A stretch of 32,000 bases of DNA from Bacillus subtilis subsp. subtilis str. 168 (GCF_000009045.1 NC_000964.3:2370001-2402000); one strand, 5' to 3'; shown: positions 1 through 12,965, numbered from the stretch's first letter. Numbers and translations: made by a program. The notes: a model not told the origin generated them from the sequence alone.

Positions 1-366
1 TCCGACAAATTGATAGCGGCTAGGCAGCACTTGATCAGCGTAATCAACCACTTTTTGCTTTGTGCTTCCTACATCCGTAATCAAAAGCTCATGTTCAATT
101 CCTGAATGAGCCAGCTCTTCAAGCATAACCAGTGTTTGTTCAACAGGTGTCGCAATGATTACTGTAGCTGCCTCTTTCACACCGCTAATAAACGAATCAG
201 CACGATCGTCTATCACGCCTAATTTTAATGCCGCTACCGCCTGTTCATCAGAGATGTCGATTCCGATAATCCGTTTGCCGGGATGATTTTTTTTGATGGC
301 TAGGGCAATCGAACCGCCTATCAATCCGAGACCGGCGAGCAATATTGTATCTTTCATTTGATTCAT
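1..366 (-). CDS. tyrA: Prephenate dehydrogenase TyrA, N-terminal part; gene runs off the window start
   Basis: The minus-strand open frame from the ATG at 366 translates as MNQMKDTILLAGLGLIGGSIALAIKKNHPGKRIIGIDISDEQ..., with a Rossmann GxGxxG motif. It sits in the classic trp-hisC-tyrA order. Not in the ORF track because it is truncated at the edge. Confidence 0.93.
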   Translation of the reverse strand, partial: MNQMKDTILLAGLGLIGGSIALAIKKNHPGKRIIGIDISDEQAVAALKLGVIDDRADSFISGVKEAATVIIATPVEQTLVMLEELAHSGIEHELLITDVGSTKQKVVDYADQVLPSRYQFVG

Positions 367-414
367 ACGTCATCACCTGGTTTATAGACTAAAGAGGTGA
401 TATTTGATCACCTC

Positions 415-1497
415 TTATAAAATTTCAGCTAAAATGGCAAGTATTTCTTCATTTTGCTCTTTTGTTCCGATCGTAATCCGGAGTGATGTCGGGAAACCTA
501 ATGCGTTTCCTGACCGGACGATATAGCCTTTTTCCAGCAGAGCCTGAAACAGTTCATCAGCAGGACGTTTAAAGTCAATTAACACAAAATTTGTCTGTGA
601 AGGGTAGCACTTTAAACCATGAGTTTTCGCAAAATCATAATACTGCTGAAGGCCTGCATTATTTTGCTCGACACAGGAAGCAATAAACGCTTGATCATCA
701 AGTGCTGCAATCGCCGCAGCCTGGCCCAGACGGCTGGTATTAAACGGCTCTCTCGCCGGCTCAATCTGGCGAATCAGGTTCTCGTCAGCAATTCCGTATC
801 CGACTCTGAGCGCTGCCAGACCGTATGCCTTTGAAAATGTGCGCAAAATCATCAAATTGGAATACTTGCTTAAGAGCGGCACGGTTTCCGGGTAATCCTC
901 TGCTGTTACATATTCATAATATGCTTCGTCAAGAACGACAAGGACACGAGAAGGAACGCGCTCCAGAAATGCGAGTAATTCTCCTTCAGATGTATAAGTG
1001 CCAGTCGGATTATTCGGGCTGCATATCCAAACGACTTGTGTCTGTTCGTCGATGGCTTCTAACATGGCGTCTAAATCATGTGAGCCGTCGGGACGAAGTG
1101 CAATTTCACGTACTTCAGCACCTTCAATAACCGCATTATGTTTATATTGCGGAAAAGTGGGGGCAGCAGTAACCGTGTTTGTTTTATCGTTTAAAAATGC
1201 CCGGCAGATGATCTGTATGATTTCATCAGAACCGTTGCCGAAAATAAGTGATGTTTCGCTGACATTGAGGTGCTTACTGAGCCTTGTCCGCAAAGCGGCG
1301 CTATACCCGTCCGGGTAAAGGGCTAGCTGTTGAATCTCATGATGAAGCGCCTCTTTTGCAGCCTCTGAACAGCCGTAAGGATTCTCGTTTGAAGCAAGCT
1401 TCACAACTTTATCCAAGCCATATTCTGATTTCACTGCTTCAATCGGCTTTCCAGGCTGATAAGGCTTCAGCTGTTTTAAATGTTCTTTGATACGCAA
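415..1497 (-). CDS. hisC: Histidinol-phosphate / aromatic aminotransferase HisC; probable TTG start at 1497
   Basis: ORF track 415..1506. PLP aminotransferase features SPNNPTG and [14 protein letters not shown]. The native start is probably the TTG at 1497 ([12 protein letters not shown]). Confidence 0.95.
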   Translation of the reverse strand: MRIKEHLKQLKPYQPGKPIEAVKSEYGLDKVVKLASNENPYGCSEAAKEALHHEIQQLALYPDGYSAALRTRLSKHLNVSETSLIFGNGSDEIIQIICRAFLNDKTNTVTAAPTFPQYKHNAVIEGAEVREIALRPDGSHDLDAMLEAIDEQTQVVWICSPNNPTGTYTSEGELLAFLERVPSRVLVVLDEAYYEYVTAEDYPETVPLLSKYSNLMILRTFSKAYGLAALRVGYGIADENLIRQIEPAREPFNTSRLGQAAAIAALDDQAFIASCVEQNNAGLQQYYDFAKTHGLKCYPSQTNFVLIDFKRPADELFQALLEKGYIVRSGNALGFPTSLRITIGTKEQNEEILAILAEIL

Positions 1498-1507
1498 ATC
1501 AGTCACC

Positions 1508-2311
1508 TCATTTTAAACTGTACAAGCCGCTAAACGCCATTGCATAATCCTCAAACTCCTGCAGCGCCTGATTTCTCGTTTCAGCGCTGATGAGCCGGTC
1601 CTTTAATTCTTCTATTTTTCTGACGAGCGCACTTCCCACTACGACACCGTCACTAATTTCATTCATCTTTATGACCTGTTCACGGTTTGATATACCGAAC
1701 CCTACAGCAACCGGAACAGTGCTGAGATTCTTCACAGTACGAATGAACGGGTACACGGATGAATTGAACTCATTGCGGACACCGGTCACACCCAGAGAAG
1801 ATACACAGTAGACGAACCCCTCGGCTTGTTCAATAATGGTTTTCAAACGGCTTTCGCTTGTCGGCGCAACTAAAGAAATATACGTCACCTCATGGCTTTT
1901 ACATTCCTCTTGAAGGCTGTTGCTTTCTTCTAATGGCAGATCCGGAACAAGCAGACCGTCAATATGATTTTCCCGCAGTAAAGCGAAAAAGTATTCTTTG
2001 TTCAATTGTAACACAGGATTATAATACGTAAAGAGGATAATCGGAATATTCACTCCGTTTTTTTTCATTTCTCCGCCTAATTCGATTGCCTTTACGATAT
2101 TCATTCCTTGATCAAGCGCCCGCTTTGAAGCCCGCTGGATCACCGGACCGTCTGCAAGCGGGTCAGAGTATGCAACACCAAGCTCCAATGCTGTGGCGCC
2201 TGCTTTTTGGAGTGACTTCGCCAGTTCAATCGAAACCTCAGGAACTGGATCGCCCGCCGTAATAAACGGGATAAACAATTTTTCTGATGGTTGAAGATCC
2301 AATTTAAACAT
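1508..2311 (-). CDS. trpA: Tryptophan synthase alpha subunit
   Basis: 267 aa TIM barrel with [16 protein letters not shown] and GFGISN motifs; adjacent to trpB. Confidence 0.97.
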   Translation of the reverse strand: MFKLDLQPSEKLFIPFITAGDPVPEVSIELAKSLQKAGATALELGVAYSDPLADGPVIQRASKRALDQGMNIVKAIELGGEMKKNGVNIPIILFTYYNPVLQLNKEYFFALLRENHIDGLLVPDLPLEESNSLQEECKSHEVTYISLVAPTSESRLKTIIEQAEGFVYCVSSLGVTGVRNEFNSSVYPFIRTVKNLSTVPVAVGFGISNREQVIKMNEISDGVVVGSALVRKIEELKDRLISAETRNQALQEFEDYAMAFSGLYSLK

Positions 2312-3506
2312 GGGCTTTCACCTCTTCTTCCAATACATTCATTAATGTGTTGACATCCTTGTCTCCCCGGCCTGATAAACAGACGAGAATGAGTTGACCG
2401 CGATCCATTCCTTTGGCGAGTTTGAATGCTTTCGCTAACGCATGGGCAGATTCGATTGCCGGCAAAATCCCCTCTTTTTCTGACAAAAGCTTTAATGCAT
2501 CCACCGCTTCTTCATCGGTTATACTGTCATAAGTGACACGGCCGCTTTTATGCAAATATGCATGCTCCGGACCGATTCCAGGATAGTCGAGACCGGCTGA
2601 AATAGAGTAGGGCTCAATAATTTGCCCGAACTCATCCTGAATGAGATAAGTCAATGAACCGTGAATAACCCCTACGGTTCCTTTCGAAATAGTGGCGGCA
2701 TGAAGAGGTGTATCAATTCCTTTTCCTGCTGCTTCAGCGCCGATCAGTTCAACATCTTCATTTAAAAATGCCTGAAACATACCCATCGCATTGCTTCCTC
2801 CGCCTACACATGCCACTACTTTATCAGGCATAGTGCCTTCAATACGTTTCAACTGATCCTTCGCTTCCTCTCCGATCATTTTTTGAAATTCACGGACCAC
2901 TTGCGGATAAGGATGCGGGCCGACAACTGATCCAATCATATAAAAGTGATCCTCACAATGCTGAACCCAGTACCGGATCGCCTCATTTGTGGCATCCTTC
3001 AATGTTCCGTTTCCGCTTGTTACAGGCACTACCTCCGCTCCAAGAAGCTTCATGCGGAAAACGTTCAGAGACTGGCGGGCAACATCCTCTTCACCCATAA
3101 ACACAGTACAGGAAAAGCCGAATTTGGCTGCAACTGTTGCAGCGGCAACACCATGCTGGCCGGCACCGGTTTCAGCAATGATTTTCGTTTTGCCCATTTT
3201 TTTAGCAAGCAGCGCTTGACCTAGCGCATTATTGATTTTATGAGAACCTGTATGGTTTAAATCTTCTCGTTTCAAATAGATTTTCGCGCCGCCTAAGTAT
3301 TCAGTGACTCGATCAGCGTATGTTAATGCAGTCGGGCGTCCGGAATAGTCCTTTAACAGCTTATAATACTCTTCACGAAAAGCGGGATCATCCTTGATTT
3401 GTTTAAATGCTGTTTGTATTTCATCTAACGGCTGCATGAGTGTTTCCGGAACAAACTTTCCGCCAAAATCACCGTATCTGCCTATTTCATTCGGATATGG
3501 ATACAT
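2304..3506 (-). CDS. trpB: Tryptophan synthase beta subunit
   Basis: 400 aa with the [19 protein letters not shown]-lysine motif and a GGGSNAMG loop. Confidence 0.98.
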   Translation of the reverse strand: MYPYPNEIGRYGDFGGKFVPETLMQPLDEIQTAFKQIKDDPAFREEYYKLLKDYSGRPTALTYADRVTEYLGGAKIYLKREDLNHTGSHKINNALGQALLAKKMGKTKIIAETGAGQHGVAAATVAAKFGFSCTVFMGEEDVARQSLNVFRMKLLGAEVVPVTSGNGTLKDATNEAIRYWVQHCEDHFYMIGSVVGPHPYPQVVREFQKMIGEEAKDQLKRIEGTMPDKVVACVGGGSNAMGMFQAFLNEDVELIGAEAAGKGIDTPLHAATISKGTVGVIHGSLTYLIQDEFGQIIEPYSISAGLDYPGIGPEHAYLHKSGRVTYDSITDEEAVDALKLLSEKEGILPAIESAHALAKAFKLAKGMDRGQLILVCLSGRGDKDVNTLMNVLEEEVKAHV

Positions 3507-4134
3507 ATCGGTTCATCCTTTCTTCTAAAAGCCTCATCAGATTCTGATCTTTTTGTCCGTTTTTTTCAATTCCGCTGGCAAGGTCAATTCCTTCTGGCTG
3601 CCATTTCAATAGGCGTGTGATGCTATCCGGATTCACGCCGCCAGCGATAAAGCAGCGTTTACCAATAGCCGCCTGCTGATATTCCGGCACACATTCCCAA
3701 GAAAATGCAACACCAGTTCCGCCTCTAGACCCTTTTACAGATGAATCAATCACAAAGCCGTCAACATTATCTTTAAAGCGGGCTATTTCTTGAGTTGTGT
3801 TATCTTGATGGTGAAGCGCCTTCCATATTTCACAGCCTGTCAGCTTGCGAAGAGCAGCAGCATCCGCCGGTTTTTCATCACCGTGAAGCTGAATGACGTC
3901 GAGCTTCAAGCTCTTGGCAATACGTGACATCGTCTCTATTGATTCATTAACAAAAACACCTGCAACCTGTTTTTCGACACGAACTTGGTTCAGCCATTTT
4001 TTCACATCTTCCGGAGATACTTTTCGTTTGCTTTCAGCAAAAATAAATCCTAGGTAATCAGCCTGTGATTCCGCCGCAAGCTGCAAATCCTTTAGTGACC
4101 GAATACCGCAATATTTTAATGCCGGTTTCTTCAC
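3487..4134 (-). CDS. trpF: Phosphoribosylanthranilate isomerase; probable GTG start at 4134
   Basis: [19 protein letters not shown] and [10 protein letters not shown] motifs. ORF track runs to 4158; the likely native start is the GTG (VKKPALKYC). Confidence 0.95.
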   Translation of the reverse strand: MKKPALKYCGIRSLKDLQLAAESQADYLGFIFAESKRKVSPEDVKKWLNQVRVEKQVAGVFVNESIETMSRIAKSLKLDVIQLHGDEKPADAAALRKLTGCEIWKALHHQDNTTQEIARFKDNVDGFVIDSSVKGSRGGTGVAFSWECVPEYQQAAIGKRCFIAGGVNPDSITRLLKWQPEGIDLASGIEKNGQKDQNLMRLLEERMNRYVSISE

Positions 4135-4138
4135 AACC

Positions 4139-4888
4139 TCACTCCCTAAACAAAGCATGGATTGCTTTACGCTGAGAAGTTTGTCTCATCAATGATTCAC
4201 CGATAAGTACAGCTCGCGCCCCATGTTCATTGACAAATGTTAAATGTTCTAAAGAACCGATTCCGCTTTCGCTGACAAGCAAGGATTCTTTCGGAACGAG
4301 AGATGCGATTTGTTCTGTCTGCTTTACAGATGTTTCAAACGTTTTTAGGTTTCGATTATTTACGCCGAGAATGTCGGGTGTGAACACTTTCAATATTTGT
4401 TCTAGCGTTGATGCATCATGAACCTCCACTAACACGTCCATCCCCTTTTCACCTGCTTCAAGATATAATTCATGAAGGTGTAAGGGATCAAGCACCTCGC
4501 CGATTAACAATATGGCATCCGCTCCGATTCTTCTTGATTCCTCTACTTGAAGAGAATCAATAAAATCTTTTCTAAGTACAGGAATCGAAACAGCACGCTT
4601 TACGTCTGATAAATAGCTGTTTTCCCCTTGAAAAAACGGGGTGTCTGTTAAAACGGAAATCGCATCTGCCTTCGCAGCCTCATAGTCTTTTGCAATCTGC
4701 ACAGGTACAAAATCCTCTTTAATAAGCCCTTTTGACGGCGATGCTTTCTTCACTTCGGCAATCAACCCGATAAACCGATTCGGGCTTGCCAGCGCCTCCT
4801 TAAATGAACGTTTCTCGAAAGGCTGCTCTACCGGCAGAACCAGTGTTTTCACTTCTTCTTTCTTTTGTTTGATGATTTTTTCAAGCAT
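4139..4888 (-). CDS. trpC: Indole-3-glycerol-phosphate synthase
   Basis: 249 aa with [18 protein letters not shown] and NNRNLKTFE motifs. Confidence 0.97.
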
Positions 4889-5897
4889 AGATCTCTTCCT
4901 CTTTCTGCTTTAGTCGTTCAAGCTGCGCGGCAGCGCCTCCGCTTGTAATCGTCTCTAACGCCAGCTCCGTTCCTTCCTTCAGTGAGGCGGTAATTCCCGC
5001 CGTGTAAATCGCAGCACCCGCATTAAAAGCCGTAATAGATAAAGCGGAACTGCTGCTTTTATTTTCAAAAATATTCTGAATGAGATAAGCGCTCTCTTTC
5101 GGAGACTGCACCTGTAAATCTTCAAGTCTGCCATTTGTGAAACCGAAATCTTCGGGTGAAACGGTATACTCCCGGCGCTCTCCGTCCTTTAATTCAATCA
5201 CGTCGGTCGGTGCTGTAATTGAAAGCTCATCTAAACCGTCACGGCTTGATACAAACATAACGTGCTTCGGCTGAAACGTCTCCAGTGCGCTTGCCATCAG
5301 TCCAGCTTTTTCAACAGAATAGACCCCAATCACCTGACGCTTCGCCTGTAAAGGATTGCTGAGCGGCCCAAGCAGATTAAATACCGTTCTGAAACCTAGC
5401 TCTTTTCTAGTACCTGCTACATGTTTCATAGACGAATGGTAAAGCGGCGCAAAAAGAAATCCCATGTTGTTTGTTTCAATGCTGCTTTTGACCTTTTCGG
5501 GAGTGGTTTGAATAGAAACCTCTAGCTCCTCTAAAACATCAGCGCTTCCGCTTTTAGAAGAGACAGAGCGATTGCCATGCTTAGCGATTTTCGCACCAGC
5601 TGCCGAGGCAACAATTGCCGAGGCCGTTGAGATATTAAAAGTGGAAATACCGTCTCCCCCTGTTCCGCATGTATCAACAATATCAGGAAGTCCATCGACT
5701 GTAAGAGCGTGTGCCCGCATTGCCTTCACAAAACCCGCAAGCTCTTCTGGCGTCTCCCCCCGATGAGCAAGAATTGACAATATCCCCCCCATTTCAGAAG
5801 GAGTCATTTCCGCTGCCATCATCATATTCATCAGCGTTTCAGCCTCACCGGCAGTAAGGGTTTTTCCGTCAACGCACAATTGTAGAAATCTGTTCAT
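4881..5897 (-). CDS. trpD: Anthranilate phosphoribosyltransferase
   Basis: DTCGTGGDG and [18 protein letters not shown] motifs. The ORF runs to 5936; native start is probably the ATG at 5897 ([12 protein letters not shown]). Confidence 0.97.
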
Positions 5898-7416
5898 CAG
5901 CTTTATCCTCCTTGCTATGAAACATGTCTTCTGCAATATGAATCGTTTTCAGCAGCGCACCGGCTTTATTACAGCTTTCTTCGTATTCGGCTTCCGGAAC
6001 AGAATCAGCAACAATGCCAGCACCTGCCTGTATCGATGCAACACCGTTCTTTACACTCATCGTGCGAATCGTAATACAAGAGTCGATATTCCCGTCAAAC
6101 CCAATGTAGGCAATACACCCTCCGTATGTCTCTCTCGGTGTTGGCTCGAGTTCTTGCAAAAGCTGCATGGCACGGATTTTGGGTGCGCCTGTTAAAGTCC
6201 CCGCCGGGAAAGCAGACATCAGTGCATCGACAGGATGAACCCCTTTTTTCAATCGGCCTGTAACCACCGAGATAATGTGCATGACATGTGAAAAGGAAAC
6301 AATTTTTGTGAACTCCGGCACAGAAACAGAACCATACTCTGCTACTCTGCCGATATCGTTTCGGGCAAGATCAACGAGCATGTAATGCTCCGCTTTTTCT
6401 TTTTCATCCTTCATGAGCTCAACCTTCAGTCTCTCATCTTCAGCTTTGTCTGCACCGCGTTTTCTCGTACCGGCAATCGGATGGATTTCTAAGTGCCCGT
6501 CTTGAACGTGTATTAACCGTTCCGGAGAGCTGCCGACTATTTCTCTGTCTAGCAGTTTCATATAATACATATACGGCGAAGGATTGACGATCCTAAGCAC
6601 TCGGTATAACTCAAAAGCATCTGCTTTTATCGGCACCTCAAATTTTTGTGATAAAACACCCTGGAAGATATCGCCTGCTTTTATATAGCTTTTGATTTTT
6701 TCTACATCAGCCATAAAAGCCGATTTTTCATAATTAGAAGATACTGTCTCAAAGCTGGGTGTCTTGTATGAATCAGCAGAAAGAAACAGCTCTTTTATGT
6801 TTTTTTGGTCCATCATTTTTTCAATGAGATTTTGAAGCTCCAGATGATTTTGATGGAATACATCCATTTTTTCGTTTTTTGTTTCCTCTCCAGTGAGCCT
6901 TGCATATTGGATAAAGTGGACGTTTTTGGTTTCATGATCATACGCAATTAATGTCCGGCAAACAAACAGCATACACTTTTCCATGTCTGTTTCTTTGGTA
7001 TGCGAAGGAACAGAAGGCTCAATCAGCGGGATCATATCATAGCTTAAGTACCCGACAGCTCCGCCGACAAAAGGAATGCCAAGCTCAGGTGTTTTGATTT
7101 TGTATGTGGTATTCATCCAGTTCAGCACTTCTTTTAGTTCATTTCCTGTGTAAAGAGATTTGCTGTCCTGATCAGCGGCCGAAAAACGGCCCTGCTCTTC
7201 TTTAATTGTGAGAAATGGATTCAGGCCGATAAACGAATATCTGGACCAAGTGGATGTATCGTCCTTGCTTTCAAGAAGATACGTAATCTCCCTGTCAAGC
7301 TTCTCTATCATTTGAATGGGTGTCAGTGTATCGACTGTGAAGGTCTCCACAATCGGTATCGTGTGGTGGGACAAGCTGTCCTCTAAAAATGCGGAAATGT
7401 TTGATTGGAAATTCAT
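5869..7416 (-). CDS. trpE: Anthranilate synthase component I
   Basis: 515 aa from MNFQSNISAF; chorismate-binding enzyme with IAGTRKRG, FPAGTLTGAPK and GGCIAYIGFDGN motifs. Confidence 0.98.
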   Translation of the reverse strand: MNFQSNISAFLEDSLSHHTIPIVETFTVDTLTPIQMIEKLDREITYLLESKDDTSTWSRYSFIGLNPFLTIKEEQGRFSAADQDSKSLYTGNELKEVLNWMNTTYKIKTPELGIPFVGGAVGYLSYDMIPLIEPSVPSHTKETDMEKCMLFVCRTLIAYDHETKNVHFIQYARLTGEETKNEKMDVFHQNHLELQNLIEKMMDQKNIKELFLSADSYKTPSFETVSSNYEKSAFMADVEKIKSYIKAGDIFQGVLSQKFEVPIKADAFELYRVLRIVNPSPYMYYMKLLDREIVGSSPERLIHVQDGHLEIHPIAGTRKRGADKAEDERLKVELMKDEKEKAEHYMLVDLARNDIGRVAEYGSVSVPEFTKIVSFSHVMHIISVVTGRLKKGVHPVDALMSAFPAGTLTGAPKIRAMQLLQELEPTPRETYGGCIAYIGFDGNIDSCITIRTMSVKNGVASIQAGAGIVADSVPEAEYEESCNKAGALLKTIHIAEDMFHSKEDKADEQISTIVR

Positions 7417-7489
7417 TGCTCTCACTCCTTATGGCAAGGAGAATGAGAAGATGGCATGAGAGGATAAAATACTATATAACAAATAAACC

Positions 7490-7511
7490 CAAAAGAAAGA
7501 CTTCTTTTGGG
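7490..7511 (-). terminator. Rho-independent attenuator (terminator) of the trp leader
   Basis: On the minus strand, a CCCAAAAGAAG / CTTTTGGG inverted repeat is followed by a U-rich stretch (TTTATTTGTT), between the TRAP-binding repeats and trpE. Confidence 0.9.
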
Positions 7512-7528
7512 TAGAATAAACATAATGT

Positions 7529-7584
7529 CTCAGCTCAACTAAACTCATTCTCTGCTACCCTATTCTCTAACTCAACTCATTCTA
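7529..7584 (-). promoter_or_regulatory. TRAP RNA-binding site, about 11 (G/U)AG repeats, in the trp leader
   Basis: The minus strand reads TTAGAATGAGTTGAGTTAGAGAATAGGGTAGCAGAGAATGAGTTTAGTTGAGCTGAG. These are eleven GAG/UAG triplets spaced mostly by 2-3 nt. Confidence 0.95.
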
Positions 7585-7591
7585 ATTGCTT

Positions 7592-7609
7592 TATACACAC
7601 TCTTGTGTA
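7592..7609 (-). promoter_or_regulatory. 5' stem-loop of the trp leader
   Basis: The minus strand reads ATACACAAGAGTGTGTAT near the predicted transcript 5' end; matches the known trp leader 5' stem-loop. Confidence 0.65.
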
Positions 7610-7625
7610 TTTCTAAGCTGTTCTT

Positions 7626-7655
7626 ATCGTATTACAATTCAGTATTTTTTGTCAA
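7626..7655 (-). promoter_or_regulatory. Sigma-A promoter of the trp operon
   Basis: -35 TTGACA (7655..7650), 18-bp spacer, -10 TACGAT (7631..7626) on the minus strand, overlapping the 3' end of aroH. Confidence 0.88.
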
Positions 7656-8015
7656 TGATAAATCGGGCCTCAATACGACAACTTTTTCTAAATATACATG
7701 TCTGATCTGATCCTGAGGGACATCTGTCTGGACCGTCATCATGACTCTTATGCACTTTTTCAGACCGCCTGTTACGTCCATTTCCTGCATACATGTTACC
7801 GGTACATACTGCCATCCTGAAAGCTCGCGAACAGCTTTTGCCGGGAAAACAGCGTGCAAATCAGGTGTAGCCGACAGAAGCATTTGAACAACATCTTCCG
7901 GTTTTGTATGATTTTCTTCTATGATTTTCTCTAACAGCTGTTTAGTTTTTTGTAAAATTTCTTCTTCAGTATCCCGTTCAACTGTAGTTGCTCCGCGAAT
8001 TCCGCGAATCATCAT
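7632..8015 (-). CDS. aroH: Chorismate mutase, AroH type
   Basis: 127 aa from [16 protein letters not shown]; RGIRGATTV and [18 protein letters not shown] motifs. Confidence 0.96.
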   Translation of the reverse strand: MMIRGIRGATTVERDTEEEILQKTKQLLEKIIEENHTKPEDVVQMLLSATPDLHAVFPAKAVRELSGWQYVPVTCMQEMDVTGGLKKCIRVMMTVQTDVPQDQIRHVYLEKVVVLRPDLSLTKNTEL

Positions 8016-9100
8016 GATGTCTCCTCCAATCGCCATTTGTTCAGCCAGCTCTCAAGTTCATTTCTGGAAAATGTATGATCAGCAACTTTCCCTAATTCGT
8101 TGAGCACAATAAACTGAATCTTCCCGCCACGGGTTTTCTTATCATTCATCATACGGTTCAAGAGAACCGAAGTTTCCGTCTCTTTTCTGATTTGACTTGG
8201 ATAACCCAGGCTTTTTAGCCAGCTGACCAAACGTTTTCTGTCCATTTCACAGCCTACAGTCTTTTCGCTTATATATAAAGCAAACTGCATTCCGAGGGCT
8301 ACGGCATCACCGTGAGTGATCTGCCCATATCCATATTCCGCCTCAACGGCATGGCCGAGCGTATGCCCAAAGTTTAAGTAAGCTCTTATCCCCTCTTCTT
8401 TTTCATCCTGCTGAACGACAGACGCTTTAATTGAAATGCCTTTAAAAATCATGTCATTCAGCTGATCATTAGTGATATCACGCAGTGAGTGGATATTCAG
8501 CAGCTCCTCCAGAAACGCTCTGTCATAGATAAAAGCGTGTTTAATCACTTCTGCCATTCCGGACCTAAGCTCTTTTTCAGGCAGAGAACGCAGGAAATCT
8601 GTATCATAGAGCACGGCTTTCGGCTGATAAAACGCACCGATTAGATTTTTTCCAAGCGGATGGTTCACGGCTACTTTTCCTCCGACTGCGCTGTCATGCG
8701 CCAAGAGCGTCGTAGGCATTTGGATGAAATCAATGCCGCGCATAAAAGTGGCAGCCACAAAACCGGCAAGATCCCCTACAACACCGCCACCGAATGCGAT
8801 GATGCATGAGGAGCGATCCATATGAAAACGAATCGCTTCACTCTGCAATTTTGTGTACATGTCCATGGATTTTGCCTGCTCTCCACTCGGTACCGTCACT
8901 TTTTTCACAGGCCATTTTTCTTGCAGCAAATGGAGCATTTCATCACCATACAGGCGGTCCACTTCTTCATCCGTGACAAACATAATCCTTGTTAAAGGCC
9001 TGTTTAAAGAGGTTAATAGTTCGCAAGCCTTTTTTCTGATACCTTGTCCGATAAAAACAGGATATGACGAGGAAGCAGTTTGAACATGCAGTGTCTTCAT
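8012..9100 (-). CDS. aroB: 3-dehydroquinate synthase
   Basis: 362 aa; [23 protein letters not shown] and [12 protein letters not shown] motifs. Confidence 0.97.
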   Translation of the reverse strand: MKTLHVQTASSSYPVFIGQGIRKKACELLTSLNRPLTRIMFVTDEEVDRLYGDEMLHLLQEKWPVKKVTVPSGEQAKSMDMYTKLQSEAIRFHMDRSSCIIAFGGGVVGDLAGFVAATFMRGIDFIQMPTTLLAHDSAVGGKVAVNHPLGKNLIGAFYQPKAVLYDTDFLRSLPEKELRSGMAEVIKHAFIYDRAFLEELLNIHSLRDITNDQLNDMIFKGISIKASVVQQDEKEEGIRAYLNFGHTLGHAVEAEYGYGQITHGDAVALGMQFALYISEKTVGCEMDRKRLVSWLKSLGYPSQIRKETETSVLLNRMMNDKKTRGGKIQFIVLNELGKVADHTFSRNELESWLNKWRLEETS

Positions 9101-10272
9101 TAAAATTCCCTCGACAGTTTTCTCATATTCTCCACATTTTCTCTAATGCGGTCAATTTGATCTAATCCGAATTGTTCAACGACTGCGTTCGCAATTTCCC
9201 AAGCGACAGCCGCTTCAGCGACTACACTTGCCGCAGGAACAGCACAGCTGTCTGAACGTTCAATGCTGGCAGAAAACGGTTCTTTCGTTTCAATATCGAC
9301 ACTTTTCAGCGGTTTATACAAAGTCGGAATCGGCTTCATGACTCCGCGGACAACAATCGGCATCCCTGTCGTCATGCCGCCTTCCAGTCCGCCAAGTCTG
9401 TTAGTAGCACGGGTGTATCCTTTTTCCTCGTCCCAAATGATCTCGTCATGGACTTCGCTTCCATTTCGCCCTGCTGCCTCAAATCCGATGCCGAATTCCA
9501 CACCTTTAAATGCGTTAATTGACAGAACAGCGGCAGCAAGCTTGCTATCCAGCTTGCGGTCATAATGGACATAGCTGCCCACGCCTACCGGCATTCCCTC
9601 GACAATGACTTCTACTATTCCGCCGATGGAATCTCCGTTTGCCTTTGCTTCATCAATGGCAGCCATCATTTTTTTGCCTGCCTCTTCATCGTAGCATCTG
9701 ACAGGAGACTCTTCCGTTACACGCTGCAAGTCTTCAATTGACGTATACTCTGTTTTTTCAGCTTTAACAGCGCCAATTTGCAACACGTGGCCCGCCACCT
9801 TAATGCCAAGCTCAGAAAGAATCTTTTTAGCTACAGCCCCTGCCGCCACTCTGACAGTTGTTTCCCTTGCTGAAGAACGCTCAAGCACATTTCTCATATC
9901 ACGATGATTATATTTAATTGCACCGTTTAAGTCAGCGTGCCCAGGTCTCGGTCTGGAAATCTGGCGCTTCATTTCCTTTTCTTCATCTTCTGTAATCGGA
10001 GCGGCGCCCATGATTTTTGTCCAATGCTTCCAATCGTTATTTTCAACTACGAGAGCAATTGGCGAACCGAGTGTACGTGCATGGCGCACCCCGCTCATAA
10101 TTTTGGCCTGGTCTTTTTCGATCTGCATGCGGCGGCCGCGGCCGTGTCCTTTTTGGCGTCTGGCAAGCTCAAAATTGATATCTTCCTCCGTTATGTAAAG
10201 CCCGGCAGGTACACCCTCAATAATGGTTGTCAGTTGGGGGCCGTGTGATTCTCCGGCTGTTAAATATCTCAT
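9100..10272 (-). CDS. aroF: Chorismate synthase (aroF in B. subtilis, aroC elsewhere)
   Basis: 390 aa from [12 protein letters not shown]; [17 protein letters not shown] and [14 protein letters not shown] motifs. Confidence 0.97.
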   Translation of the reverse strand: MRYLTAGESHGPQLTTIIEGVPAGLYITEEDINFELARRQKGHGRGRRMQIEKDQAKIMSGVRHARTLGSPIALVVENNDWKHWTKIMGAAPITEDEEKEMKRQISRPRPGHADLNGAIKYNHRDMRNVLERSSARETTVRVAAGAVAKKILSELGIKVAGHVLQIGAVKAEKTEYTSIEDLQRVTEESPVRCYDEEAGKKMMAAIDEAKANGDSIGGIVEVIVEGMPVGVGSYVHYDRKLDSKLAAAVLSINAFKGVEFGIGFEAAGRNGSEVHDEIIWDEEKGYTRATNRLGGLEGGMTTGMPIVVRGVMKPIPTLYKPLKSVDIETKEPFSASIERSDSCAVPAASVVAEAAVAWEIANAVVEQFGLDQIDRIRENVENMRKLSREF

Positions 10273-10346
10273 GACTTCTTCTCCCTTCATCGCATTAACG
10301 CTTTTAAGTAAGACTACTATAACATATTTTTCAGCAAAAAGTCAGT

Positions 10347-11330
<984 letters not shown>

Positions 11331-11353
11331 TCTGTTGCTTATTTTCACAATGA

Positions 11354-11803
11354 TTAATAGATCCAGCCTGCCATAAGCTGCTGATATGATACTAATTCTT
11401 CATTCTTAAAGAAAATGTTAATCTCGCGTTCTGCACTTTCGAGAGAATCAGAGCCGTGGATGATGTTTTTTCCGACAAACATGCCATAATCCCCACGAAT
11501 CGTACCAGGTAAAGCTTCTTTAGGGTTTGTTTTCCCGATCAGCTGTCTCGTCACTTCAATGACATTTTCGCCTTCCCACACCATTGCGAATACAGGTCCT
11601 GAAGTAATAAACTCAACGAGCTCTCCGAAGAAAGGCTTACCTTGATGTTCGGCGTAGTGTTTCTCAGCCATTTGTTCAGTCACTCTCATTAACTTGGCGC
11701 CAGCTAATTGTAAGCCCTTACGTTCGAATCTAGATAAAATGTCCCCAATGAGCTGACGTTGGACACCGTCTGGTTTCACCATGATAAAAGTCTTTTCCAT
11801 CAT
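11354..11803 (-). CDS. ndk: Nucleoside diphosphate kinase
   Basis: 149 aa from [17 protein letters not shown]; [16 protein letters not shown] active-site region. Confidence 0.97.
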
Positions 11804-11918
11804 ATTCTCCACCCCATCATTATGTATGTATAGGCTTTCACACTGCACACCGAAATCGTAACATCTTTCTGATAATTAATCAATCCGGGGCGGAGAAATT
11901 TCTTAATATCTACAAAAA

Positions 11919-12965
11919 TTAAAATTTTCTTTTACCGATATATTTTGCGATGGCTGCAAGAGACGAGCGTGCGCGCCCTCGAGGAAGCGTGTTTAATTTC
12001 TGAAAAGCTTTCTGCAGATACATTTCGCTTACTGCCATAGATGCTTCAATTGCATCTGTTTTTTTGATTTCTTCAATGATTGGTTCAAGCTGTTCCTGCG
12101 TTGTCTCACTGTTAATCAATTTAAGCTGGTTTTTTAATGCAGGATTTTTCAGGGCATACAGCACTGGCAATGTGACGTTTCCTTGAAGCAAATCTCCTCC
12201 TACGGGTTTACCCAGCTCTTCCTCAGTTGAAGTAAAATCAAGAATATCATCAATAATCTGATAAGACATGCCGACGTAATACCCAAACCAGTACAATGCC
12301 TTATGAATCTTCTCATCAGCTCCAGACGCAATGGCACCAAGCTGGCAGCTGACCGCGATCAAGAGAGCTGTTTTTCTTTTGATACGGCGGAGATACGTTC
12401 TGAGATTTTGTTCCATGTTGTATTTGTCTTTGATCTGCTCAATTTCCCCTAGACAAACTTCAACGATCGTCTGTGACAAAATCCTATGGGCTTTCGGTTC
12501 GTTAATTCTCGTCATCATTTCAAGAGATCCCGCAAGCATATAATCGCCTGTGTACATCGCAATACGATTGTCCCACTTTGCTTTGATTGTCGGTTTTCCT
12601 CGGCGAAGCTCTGCATCATCAATGACATCATCATGAACCAAAGATGCCATGTGAATCATTTCCAGAGTGACGGCGACATATTTAATCTTATTAATATCAT
12701 AATCGCCAAACATGCCAGAAAGCAGCACGAAAACAGGCCGAATACGTTTCCCTCCGGCCTGCAGCAGGTGAAGACCTGCCTCGCTTAAAAGCGGGTAATC
12801 GGAACGTACGGTTTGTTCAAGTTCTCTTTCGATTACATCAATATCGTCATTTAAAAAAGAGTAGGCCATTTTAAATTTCATATCATTCACCCAAACATCT
12901 GTGTTTTCATTTCCATCCGATATGCGTGGCAGCGACTCCGCCAGTAAACGAATGATATTTAACAT
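11919..12965 (-). CDS. hepT: Heptaprenyl diphosphate synthase component II
   Basis: 348 aa trans-isoprenyl diphosphate synthase; [22 protein letters not shown] and IIDDILDFT motifs. Confidence 0.96.
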
